From assembly GCA_038320055.1 (NCBI GenBank), contig JBBQDU010000002.1, positions 1 to 44,717 of the forward strand: a stretch of 44,717 nt of DNA, read 5' to 3'. The DNA comes from Gemmatimonadales bacterium. Its GTDB lineage: Bacteria > Gemmatimonadota > Gemmatimonadetes > Gemmatimonadales > GWC2-71-9. The notes under the pieces are model-generated. The model was not told the DNA's origin, searched no databases, and saw only the letters and a list, made by a program, of their open reading frames with translations. Positions 36,830 through 44,717 of this stretch are shown here, in pieces; position 1 is the first letter of the stretch; each line of letters begins with the position of its first letter. A program made the translations under genes and the position numbers.

Positions 36830-38094
36830 GCCAGCCGGCGCAACGCCGCCGCGACGCCCAGGTGCGCTGGTAGCGCCATCGCGACGATCGGTCCGTTGAC
36901 CTGGTCGAGGCCCGGCAGCGGTTTGAGGAGCAGTCCGAGGAGCGACAGGGCCGCCACGACCAATGCGGTCGTCGTGGCCCATCGCGGTGTGCCGCCGCGC
37001 CGCGCCGCGGCCACGATGGCGGGCACCAGCAGCAGCGCCAGGGGATTCAGCTGCAGCAGGTTTTCGTTCCGATAGGCCATCACATGATCGGTGAGGCCCC
37101 ACAGTCCCGCGAGCACCAGCCCGGCAAGCCCCGCCACCGTCGCCCAGCCGGCCGCCACGACCACGAAGCCCACGCGCGCCGGTGCGCTCCCCGGCGCCTG
37201 GCGCGCGAGGAGGAAGGCGCTGCCGCCGATGACCACGCCCAGGGCCAGGTACCACTGCAGCCACCGTGGCGGCTCCCCCGGAGGTGGCGCCTCGGATGAC
37301 TCGAACAGCGTGCGCTCCGACCGGACGAGTGGCACCCGCCCGCCGCTCGGACCCAGAATCGTGACCCGCCTCGCGTGCTCGCGCAGCTTCAGCGGGAGAA
37401 ACATCTCTTCCCACGCCGAGATCGGCCGGTCAACTCCCTCGCCGAGCGCGAGGAGAAGCCCGGTGTTGACGAGGGCATCGTTGGCGGTGAGCCGCTGCGT
37501 GTGGAAGCGGTAGGTGGTCCCGGTCGGGACCGTGGCGGTCTGCGCACGCAGCGCGCCACCTAGCACCCGGTCAAGCGCGTCGCGCACGCGGGTGGAGCAG
37601 TTGTCGCGGTAGTAGTCGTAGTGGTAGAACCGATGCTCGGGCTCCGCGTTCCACCGGAGGAACTCCTGCAACCGCGCCGCGGCGGCCGGTGAGAGCGCCA
37701 GCTCCTGCACCCACACGGAGCGATTGTCCCGCTCGTACTGCTGGACGTATTGGGGAGCGGGAAACCCCGCCATCCAGTACCACATCTGCCCGCGCACGAA
37801 CCGAAGCAGAAAATTCTGCTGATGGAAATCGAAGAGGCCGTAGTTGTACGCCTCGTCGGTACCGCCCACCGGATCGTGAATCCAGATGGCGTTGTGCCCG
37901 AATCGCTCCCACACGGCGCGGCCGGGGCCGAACGTCATCAGAGACACGGTGAGCGCGGTAGGTCGCGGCTGCTGAGGGGCGACCTGTCCTACGAGCGGCG
38001 CCCGCCAGGCGCCGGCGGCGATTCCGGCGGCGGCCACCAGACCCACGACCCACGAGCGCACGCCGTGCCGGGTGGCCGCATGCCACGGCTTCAC
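36784..38094 (-). CDS. DUF4105 (Lnb N-terminal periplasmic domain-like) protein with polytopic C-terminal membrane domain
   Basis: GTG 38094 overlaps the upstream TGA (GTGA) and gives 436 aa. The periplasmic part (FGHNAIWIHD, YNYGLFDF, YDYYRDNCSTRVRD) matches my recollection of DUF4105. About five C-terminal TM helices follow. The 488 extra upstream codons in the ORF track are rejected. Confidence 0.7.
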   Translation of the reverse strand: MKPWHAATRHGVRSWVVGLVAAAGIAAGAWRAPLVGQVAPQQPRPTALTVSLMTFGPGRAVWERFGHNAIWIHDPVGGTDEAYNYGLFDFHQQNFLLRFVRGQMWYWMAGFPAPQYVQQYERDNRSVWVQELALSPAAAARLQEFLRWNAEPEHRFYHYDYYRDNCSTRVRDALDRVLGGALRAQTATVPTGTTYRFHTQRLTANDALVNTGLLLALGEGVDRPISAWEEMFLPLKLREHARRVTILGPSGGRVPLVRSERTLFESSEAPPPGEPPRWLQWYLALGVVIGGSAFLLARQAPGSAPARVGFVVVAAGWATVAGLAGLVLAGLWGLTDHVMAYRNENLLQLNPLALLLVPAIVAAARRGGTPRWATTTALVVAALSLLGLLLKPLPGLDQVNGPIVAMALPAHLGVAAALRRLAQAPRTLASPSRASG

Positions 38095-39119
38095 AACGTC
38101 ACATCCCTGCCGTCGTCCGCCGACTTGTACAGCGCGTCGAGAATCCGGTGCAGTGTCAGATTTTCCTGCAGCGGAGCGACCTTGGCCTCGCCGGCGATCG
38201 CGGCCTCGAAGTGGGCCCACTCGGCGCGGTACGAGGCGGTGAATACGTTCTCGCGGCTGACCGACCCGGTGGGCGACACGTCCACTGGCATCCCGTGCAG
38301 CTCCTTCCACACGGTGAGCGGGTTGATGGCCGCGGTGCCCTTGCTGCCCCGGAGGCCGACCCCGAATCGCTCGCCCTCGCCGAGATGATGCCACGTGACG
38401 TCCACGAAGACCGACATGCCGTTCTCGCACACGACGAATGCGCTTCCGCTCTGCTCGACCGCGCGCTCCTTCCTCGCCGCGTCGAGCGACGCGCTGACCC
38501 GCGCCGGCGCGGGCATCCCGCCCAGCCACAGGCCGAGGTCGAGGATAGACAGGCCCAGATCGAGCAACGCGCCGCCGCCCGCCTGATCGCGGCGCTGGCG
38601 CCAGCCGAGGTGCTGCCGGCTCGGGCGGAAGACGTGCCAGCTCCCGCGGACGCTCTCGATGCGTCCCAGCTCGCCGCTCTGCACGAAACTCCGCACGATC
38701 TGCACATCGGGGCGATAGCGATGATTCATCCCGACCATGAGCACGCGTTGGCGCTTCTCGGCCGCGCGCATAATGCGCTGGACGCTCGCTCCCGACATGG
38801 CGAGGGGCTTTTCGACGAGAATGTGCAGATCCGCCGAGAGCGCCGCGAGGATGTGGGCTTCGTGCAGATGCGTGGGCGAGCAGATCACCACCGCGTCGAG
38901 CCCCGGGCTCCGGAGCAGGTCCTCGATGTCGTCGAGCGCATCCTTGACGCCGAAGCGGTCCGCGAGCGCGCGAGCCTTGGGCAGATCGGTGTCGCAGATC
39001 GCCTGCACCTCGATCGACTTGAGCTTCTTGAGCACGGGCAGATGGGCGACCTGGGCGATCGCGCCCCCACCGATGATCCCCACCCTGAGACGCTCGTTCA
39101 CCGACCGTCCAACCGTCAT
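38091..39119 (-). CDS. Gfo/Idh/MocA family oxidoreductase
   Basis: N-terminal Rossmann LRVGIIGGGAIAQVAHLPVLKKL and the EKP motif (ILVEKPLA). Confidence 0.85.
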   Translation of the reverse strand: MTVGRSVNERLRVGIIGGGAIAQVAHLPVLKKLKSIEVQAICDTDLPKARALADRFGVKDALDDIEDLLRSPGLDAVVICSPTHLHEAHILAALSADLHILVEKPLAMSGASVQRIMRAAEKRQRVLMVGMNHRYRPDVQIVRSFVQSGELGRIESVRGSWHVFRPSRQHLGWRQRRDQAGGGALLDLGLSILDLGLWLGGMPAPARVSASLDAARKERAVEQSGSAFVVCENGMSVFVDVTWHHLGEGERFGVGLRGSKGTAAINPLTVWKELHGMPVDVSPTGSVSRENVFTASYRAEWAHFEAAIAGEAKVAPLQENLTLHRILDALYKSADDGRDVTL

Positions 39120-39131
39120 CCGGATCCTCCC

Positions 39132-40526
39132 CTAGTAGAGTCGCTCGAGCACGGTACCCGGAAAGTAGGCGCCCAGGATGCGCGCGTGATCCTGCCCGGC
39201 GCGGGAACGCCCCACCGCGCCCCACTGACAGAACCCGACCCCGTGGCCGGCCCCCGCCCCCTCGGCGGTCAGACGGGTTACCCGGCCGCCCGACACGGTG
39301 GCGGCCAGCGTGAACACGTTGCTCCGCAACAGCTCGCCCGAGACGGGCCGGAGCACCTGTCGGACCCTGGGACCCTCGATCCGCACGTCGCCGCGGCGGA
39401 GGCCGATCGTCAACTGCCCGACGCGCCCCGAGGGGGTGCGGTAGCTGACCCGCACGTCGCGGACCTCGCTCACGTCGCCCGCGGCCGCGCCCGCCGTACC
39501 GGCCGGAAGTGCCGCCAGCGTGCGCTGCAGCGTGGAGCGGAGTATCTCGCCGGTCCACACTTCGGTCCAGCGGAAGCGTGGCGAGATGGCGCAGTAGGCC
39601 ATGCCGTTCTCCGCCACGTCGGACACGGAGCGGAGGTAGGGGCGCGTCGCCGCGCGGAACACCTCGGGCCCGTCGGCCGTGCGGCCGCCACAGGTCGAGT
39701 AGAAGAACGCATCGATGGGCGCGCCGTCATAGGTCAGGATGCGGCCGCGGGTGCTTTCGACGGCCTCCCGTCCCTCCGGCGTTTCGGAGGCCGCGCCACC
39801 GTACACCTGGTCGGCCACGGTGGCGTAGAGGTCGAAGCCCTGCGCCTGCCACCGGCGCAGGTTGCGGAGCGCGAACGTGCGCGAGACGATCGCCTGGGCG
39901 CGAAGCGCTTCCTGCTCCGTCACGCTCCGCCGGCCCATCTCCGCCGACACGACGCCGACGAGATACGACTCCATCGGCACGCGGTCGATGACTGTGACCC
40001 CGCCCGGACCCCTGAGCGCCGTGATCGTTCCGCGGTAGGGGCGGCCGTTCACCAGCACGAGGGCGTCGGCAGTCGGCGAGGCGATCTCGAGAACCTCCGA
40101 GGGCACGGTGGCCGGCCCGCTCGGGGCGAGCGCTACCAGCCCGGACCCGCCCACGGCCACCCGCCACACTTCGCCCGCGGGGATCTGGGCCAGCACCGCA
40201 CCCGACGGATCGCTGATACGTAGCCCCGCGGGACCGGACAGGCTGACACTGGAGGCCCCGACCGCGAGCCCGAGGCGGATGGTCGGCTCGGCGGCCGCTT
40301 CGGGCTCGGGAACCGGCGCGGAAGGCGGCGGAGAGACCGGCGGAGGACCCGGCCGGGGCGCCGGCGTGGGACCAGGCCTAGGAACCGGCGTCGGGGCCGG
40401 GGGCGGGGCGGTCGGCGAACAACTGGCCACCGCCACCGCGACCGCCGCGGCGAGCGTCAGCGCCACCCCACCCCAGCGAGCCAGGAGACGACCCGGCCCG
40501 CGGAGCTCACCCGCGATAATTGCCAA
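39132..40526 (-). CDS. SpoIID/LytB domain protein (peptidoglycan lytic enzyme/amidase-enhancer family), probable lipoprotein
   Basis: Pro-rich linker after AVAVASC. The SpoIID core carries MESYLVGVVSAEMG, EALRAQAIVSRTFALRN, YATVADQVYGG, FFYSTCGGRTAD and GHGVGFCQWGA. The start is uncertain: TTG 40526 overlaps yajQ by 20 nt, and GTG 40466 is the alternative. Confidence 0.85.
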   Translation of the reverse strand: MAIIAGELRGPGRLLARWGGVALTLAAAVAVAVASCSPTAPPPAPTPVPRPGPTPAPRPGPPPVSPPPSAPVPEPEAAAEPTIRLGLAVGASSVSLSGPAGLRISDPSGAVLAQIPAGEVWRVAVGGSGLVALAPSGPATVPSEVLEIASPTADALVLVNGRPYRGTITALRGPGGVTVIDRVPMESYLVGVVSAEMGRRSVTEQEALRAQAIVSRTFALRNLRRWQAQGFDLYATVADQVYGGAASETPEGREAVESTRGRILTYDGAPIDAFFYSTCGGRTADGPEVFRAATRPYLRSVSDVAENGMAYCAISPRFRWTEVWTGEILRSTLQRTLAALPAGTAGAAAGDVSEVRDVRVSYRTPSGRVGQLTIGLRRGDVRIEGPRVRQVLRPVSGELLRSNVFTLAATVSGGRVTRLTAEGAGAGHGVGFCQWGAVGRSRAGQDHARILGAYFPGTVLERLY

Positions 40527-41010
40527 ATTTGAGCTCGAGACCGAAATCCTGGCCCTTGAGGAAGGCGATAATCGACTGCAGCTCGTCGCGCGACGGGCTC
40601 GCGACGCGGATCTCGTCGCCCTGGATCGTCGCCTGGGCCTTCTTGAAGCCGCCGTCCTTGACGCCCTTGATGATCTTCTTCGCGATGTCCTGCGGAATCC
40701 CCTGCGTCAGCTTGGCCACCCGCCGCACCGACTGCCCGGTGGCCGGCACCAGCTCGCCGAAATCGATGTTCTTGACCGGCACGCCGCGCTTGATCATGCG
40801 CGTCTGCAGGACGTCCACCAGGGCGTCCATCCGGAACTCGTCATCCGCGGCCAGCCGGATTTCGGCCGTGGGGCGATCGAACTCGATGGTGCAGTGCGTT
40901 CCCTTGAAATCGTAGCGCTGCGCGATCTCCTTCAGCGCCTGATTGACGGCGTTGTCGACCTCCTGCAGGTCGGCTCCGGTGGACACGTCGAAGGAGGGAT
41001 TGCTGGCCAT
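40507..41010 (-). CDS. yajQ: YajQ family (UPF0234) nucleotide/cyclic-di-GMP-binding protein
   Basis: MASNPSFDVSTGADLQEVDNAVNQALKEIAQRYDFKG and the ~165-aa size are characteristic of YajQ. Confidence 0.9.
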   Translation of the reverse strand: MASNPSFDVSTGADLQEVDNAVNQALKEIAQRYDFKGTHCTIEFDRPTAEIRLAADDEFRMDALVDVLQTRMIKRGVPVKNIDFGELVPATGQSVRRVAKLTQGIPQDIAKKIIKGVKDGGFKKAQATIQGDEIRVASPSRDELQSIIAFLKGQDFGLELKFGNYRG

Positions 41011-41082
41011 GGGGCGGCGGGGTGATGGTGGACCACGGGACGTTGGCGGCGGATGCGGGAAGGATTACCCCGGGTGTCTCGC

Positions 41083-41111
41083 TTGACAACCCTTCACCCG
41101 GCCGCTAGTCT
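41083..41111 (+). promoter_or_regulatory. candidate sigma70-type promoter for the metY leader
   Basis: TTGACA (41083-41088), a 17-nt spacer, then TAGTCT (41106-41111). The -10 box matches consensus only at T1, A2 and T6. Confidence 0.3.
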
Positions 41112-41395
41112 CAGCAGCACGGCGGTCCATTTAAGGCCACTTGCTCCCGCCGGCGCCGCCGTCGCAGTGACGGCGGACGAATCAACGAGCTAAAGCGCCG
41201 GATGAATGCCCTCCGAGCGCCACAGTCGGGGGGCGTCGTGCATCCGCCTCCTCCACCCGGATCGGGACACCATGTCCAGTCGCCCAGCGCGTTCGGCCAT
41301 CATGTGTTGTCGAATGATGCCCTGCCTCCCCCGCGACGGGTGGACGGCGTCATCGGCGCATGCGCGAGGAAGCGGCGGACCCTGATCTCCCGTAA

Positions 41396-42814
<1,419 letters not shown>

Positions 42815-42925
42815 AGCGACCCCTCGGCACCCGCGGTTCGGCGGTACGTCGCCGGTGCCGGCCGCGGCCCACTCACTCGCATCTCGGAGGCGCGCCCGGC
42901 GGCGCGGCCCGCGATCGGAGGCGAT

Positions 42926-43441
42926 ATGTCGGTGATCGATGAGCTGATCCAGGCCAATCAGGCGTACGCGAAGGGCTTCGACCGGGGCGACCTGCCGATG
43001 CCACCCGCGCGCCAGGTGGCGATTCTCACGTGCATGGACGCGCGGATCCTGCCCTCCCGAGTGCTCGGCCTCGAAGAGGGCGATGCGCACGTCATCCGGA
43101 ACGCCGGCGGCCGGGCGCGCGATGCGCTCCGCTCGCTCATCATCTCGCAGCGTCTGCTCGGCACCCGGGAGGTCGCCGTGATCCACCATACCGACTGCGG
43201 GATGCTGACCTTCAGCAACCGGGATCTCCGCGAGCGGATCCAGAGCGACCTCGGTCAGGATACCGGCGAGTTCGACTTTCTGCCGTTTCAGGATCTGGAC
43301 GCGAGCGTGCGTGAGGACGTGGAGTTCCTGACCGCCACACAATTGCTCGACCCGGCCACGGTCATCCGCGGGTTCATCTACGACGTCCATGACGGACGGC
43401 TTCGGGAGGTGCCCATCGAGACGCCGGCTCCCACGCCGTGA
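42926..43441 (+). CDS. beta-class carbonic anhydrase family protein (clade D, Rv1284/Cab-like)
   Basis: 171 aa. Zinc-site motifs are ILTCMDAR (C-x-D-x-R) and IHHTDCGM (H-x-x-C). It resembles mycobacterial Rv1284 over its whole length by eye. GGAGG lies 4 nt upstream of the ATG, and the stop overlaps the metX GTG. Confidence 0.9.
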   Translation: MSVIDELIQANQAYAKGFDRGDLPMPPARQVAILTCMDARILPSRVLGLEEGDAHVIRNAGGRARDALRSLIISQRLLGTREVAVIHHTDCGMLTFSNRDLRERIQSDLGQDTGEFDFLPFQDLDASVREDVEFLTATQLLDPATVIRGFIYDVHDGRLREVPIETPAPTP

Positions 43442-44475
43442 CGGCGCTGGTCACGGGAGACGCGCCGGCGCGCGAGCTCCCGTTGGACCCGCTGGTGACC
43501 GTCGCCGGGGAAACCCTGCAGGGCCTGCGCCTCCGGTACCGGGTGACCGGCGACGTGGACGCGGCGCGCGACAACGGCTGGATCCTGGTGTTTCACGCGC
43601 TCACGGGCAGCGCGGACGTGGAACAGTGGTGGGGACCCTTGGTGGGCCCGGGGAAGGCGCTGGACACGACCCGACATGCGGTGGTATCGGCCAACCTGCT
43701 CGGCAGTTGTTACGGCTCGACCGGTCCGCGGGAATGGGCCCGCGAGCACGACGAGCCGTTTCCCGAGCTTGCGCCGGGTGACCTGGCCGCGGCGCACGCG
43801 CCGTTGCTCGACCATCTGGGCGTGGCGCGGCTGGCCCTTGCGACGGGGGGCTCGCTCGGCGGGATGGTGGCCCTGGAGTGGGGCCGTCGGTCCACCGTCC
43901 CCGTGGACCGGCTGGTGGTGTTCGCGGCGCCGGCCGCGACCTCGGCCCAGGCCATCGCCTGGAACGTCGTGCAGCGCATGGCCATCGAGGCGGACCCTGC
44001 GTGGCGCGGCGGGAGATATCCGGAAGGCGACGGGCCCACGGGGGGACTCGCGGCCGCGCGTGCGCTCGCCATGATCACCTACCGGACCGCCCGCGAGTTC
44101 GAGGCCCGGTTCGGCCGTGCCTCGTCTCGCACCGAGGGGCAGTTCGACGTCGAGCACTACCTGCGGCGTCAGGGCGAGAAGCTGGTGGCCCGCTTCGACG
44201 CGGCCAGCTACGTGGCCCTGATGCGCGCGATGGACCTGCACGACGTCGGCGATCTCGCCGAGGCGGCGCGCCGGACGTCGGCGCGGGTCGACCTCGTGAT
44301 CGGCGTGGGTGTGGACACGGACCTGCTCTATGCGGCCGGCGAGGTTCGCGCGTGGGCCGACGCCTACCAGGCGGCCGGGGTGAACGCGCGATATCGGGAA
44401 ATTGCATCGGCGGCCGGGCACGATGCGTTTTTGATCGAGTGGGACCAGGTGGAAGCGATACTCGGCGAGCGCTAG
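43438..44475 (+). CDS. metX: homoserine O-acetyltransferase
   Basis: Alpha/beta-hydrolase with nucleophile elbow GGSLGGMVALEW, N-terminal LRYRVTGD...NGWILVFHALTGS and C-terminal GHDAFLIE, as in MetX(A). Confidence 0.9.
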   Translation: MTALVTGDAPARELPLDPLVTVAGETLQGLRLRYRVTGDVDAARDNGWILVFHALTGSADVEQWWGPLVGPGKALDTTRHAVVSANLLGSCYGSTGPREWAREHDEPFPELAPGDLAAAHAPLLDHLGVARLALATGGSLGGMVALEWGRRSTVPVDRLVVFAAPAATSAQAIAWNVVQRMAIEADPAWRGGRYPEGDGPTGGLAAARALAMITYRTAREFEARFGRASSRTEGQFDVEHYLRRQGEKLVARFDAASYVALMRAMDLHDVGDLAEAARRTSARVDLVIGVGVDTDLLYAAGEVRAWADAYQAAGVNARYREIASAAGHDAFLIEWDQVEAILGER

Positions 44476-44506
44476 CGGTGGGCTGGGCCGGAGGCGGGAG
44501 CCCGAC

Positions 44507-44717
44507 TCAGGCGAGAAAGCTCTCGAGCGCGCGGGCGCGGCTCACGTGGCGGAGCCGGCTCAGGGCCTTCTCCTTAATCTGGCGGACCCGCTCGCGGGTG
44601 ATGCCGAGCAGGCTCCCGATCTCCTCCAGCGTCATCGGCTCGGGACCGTCGAGGCCGAAGTAGAGCCGCAGGATTTTCGCCTCGCGCTCCTTCAGCGTGG
44701 ACAGGACCTCCTCGATC
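44507..44717 (-). CDS. rpoD: RNA polymerase primary sigma factor, C-terminal region 4 (5' end outside window)
   Basis: The reverse complement reads IEEVLSTLKEREAKILRLYFGLDGPEPMTLEEIGSLLGITRERVRQIKEKALSRLRHVSRARALESFLA* (stop at 44507-44509). This is nearly collinear with E. coli RpoD region 4.2 and its ...RHPSRS..LRSFL end. It is not in the ORF track (no start codon in the window). Confidence 0.8.
   Translation of the reverse strand, partial: IEEVLSTLKEREAKILRLYFGLDGPEPMTLEEIGSLLGITRERVRQIKEKALSRLRHVSRARALESFLA

Noticed and set aside
38095-39558. N-terminal 488 codons of the 924-aa ORF 36784..39558
   Set aside because: This part overlaps the Gfo/Idh/MocA and SpoIID-like genes in another frame and is Arg/Gly-rich. 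The DUF4105 homology begins right after GTG 38094, which forms a GTGA overlap with the upstream stop.
38148-40223. 691-aa plus-strand ORF antisense to the Gfo/Idh/MocA and SpoIID-like genes
   Set aside because: It has no motifs and is antisense to two recognisable genes.
41330-41352. T-box-like sequence GGGTGGACGGCG in the metY leader, and possible SAM-I/SAM-IV assignment
   Set aside because: It resembles the T-box core GGGUGGNACCGCG only partially and lies about 60 nt from the terminator 5' arm, too far to form the canonical antiterminator. I also could not find SAM-I or SAM-IV hallmark strings (GAGGGA...GGCAACC...GGUGCCAAUUCC). The class is left unassigned rather than forced.

Overview
This is a visibly GC-rich chromosomal segment (about two-thirds G+C by eye, not computed) from a diderm bacterium. 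The gene content loosely recalls Gemmatimonadota-like lineages, but that is inference only. All homology calls come from reading the translated ORFs against remembered family motifs; no searches were run.

I support 40 protein-coding genes (two cut by the window edges), one tRNA-Gln(UUG), and a few promoter, terminator and operator-like elements.

Layout:
- 1-8.4 kb is an accessory-looking cell-surface cluster. It holds a GT1/4 glycosyltransferase tail, a sulfotransferase, two tandem galactose/glyoxal-oxidase-like copper-radical oxidases, tRNA-Gln, a glycosidase-like lipoprotein and a PKD-repeat lipoprotein.
- 8.8-28.4 kb is one long co-directional housekeeping block: prs, rplY, pth, hppA, ychF, rpsF, rpsR, DUF2232, rplI, a DAK2-DegV fusion, rsfS, a 1067-aa peptidase/PD40/Omp85-barrel protein, a SPOR lipoprotein, smc, aroF and a LolA-like gene.
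- 28.4-34.2 kb is a minus-strand block: rpmE, prfA, prmC, a YlbF-like gene, tmk, an S41 protease and a DUF2520 gene.
- 34.4-36.8 kb carries a Crp/Fnr regulator, an MBL hydrolase and a TolB-N/TPR protein.
- 36.8-41.0 kb is minus-strand: yajQ, a SpoIID-like gene, a Gfo/Idh/MocA gene and a DUF4105 membrane protein.
- 41.0-44.5 kb is a long structured leader followed by metY, a beta-carbonic anhydrase and metX.
- The right edge is the 3' end of rpoD.

I saw no rRNA, CRISPR array, IS element, integrase or phage gene. Many adjacent genes overlap by 4 nt (ATGA, GTGA or TTGA), which suggests translational coupling.

Items most worth follow-up:
- a clade-D beta-CA translationally coupled inside the direct-sulfhydrylation operon
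- the terminator-containing metY leader of unassigned class
- the peptidase-propeller-Omp85 single polypeptide
- a FakA-like/DegV fusion interrupted by a 1-nt frameshift in a C5 run
- the tandem copper-radical oxidases next to a sulfotransferase
- a sigma54-like promoter with a palindrome whose core 10-mer recurs upstream of another secreted-protein gene
- two genes whose conserved N-termini lie upstream of any ATG/GTG/TTG

No complete, clearly novel multi-gene system is demonstrated by the sequence alone.
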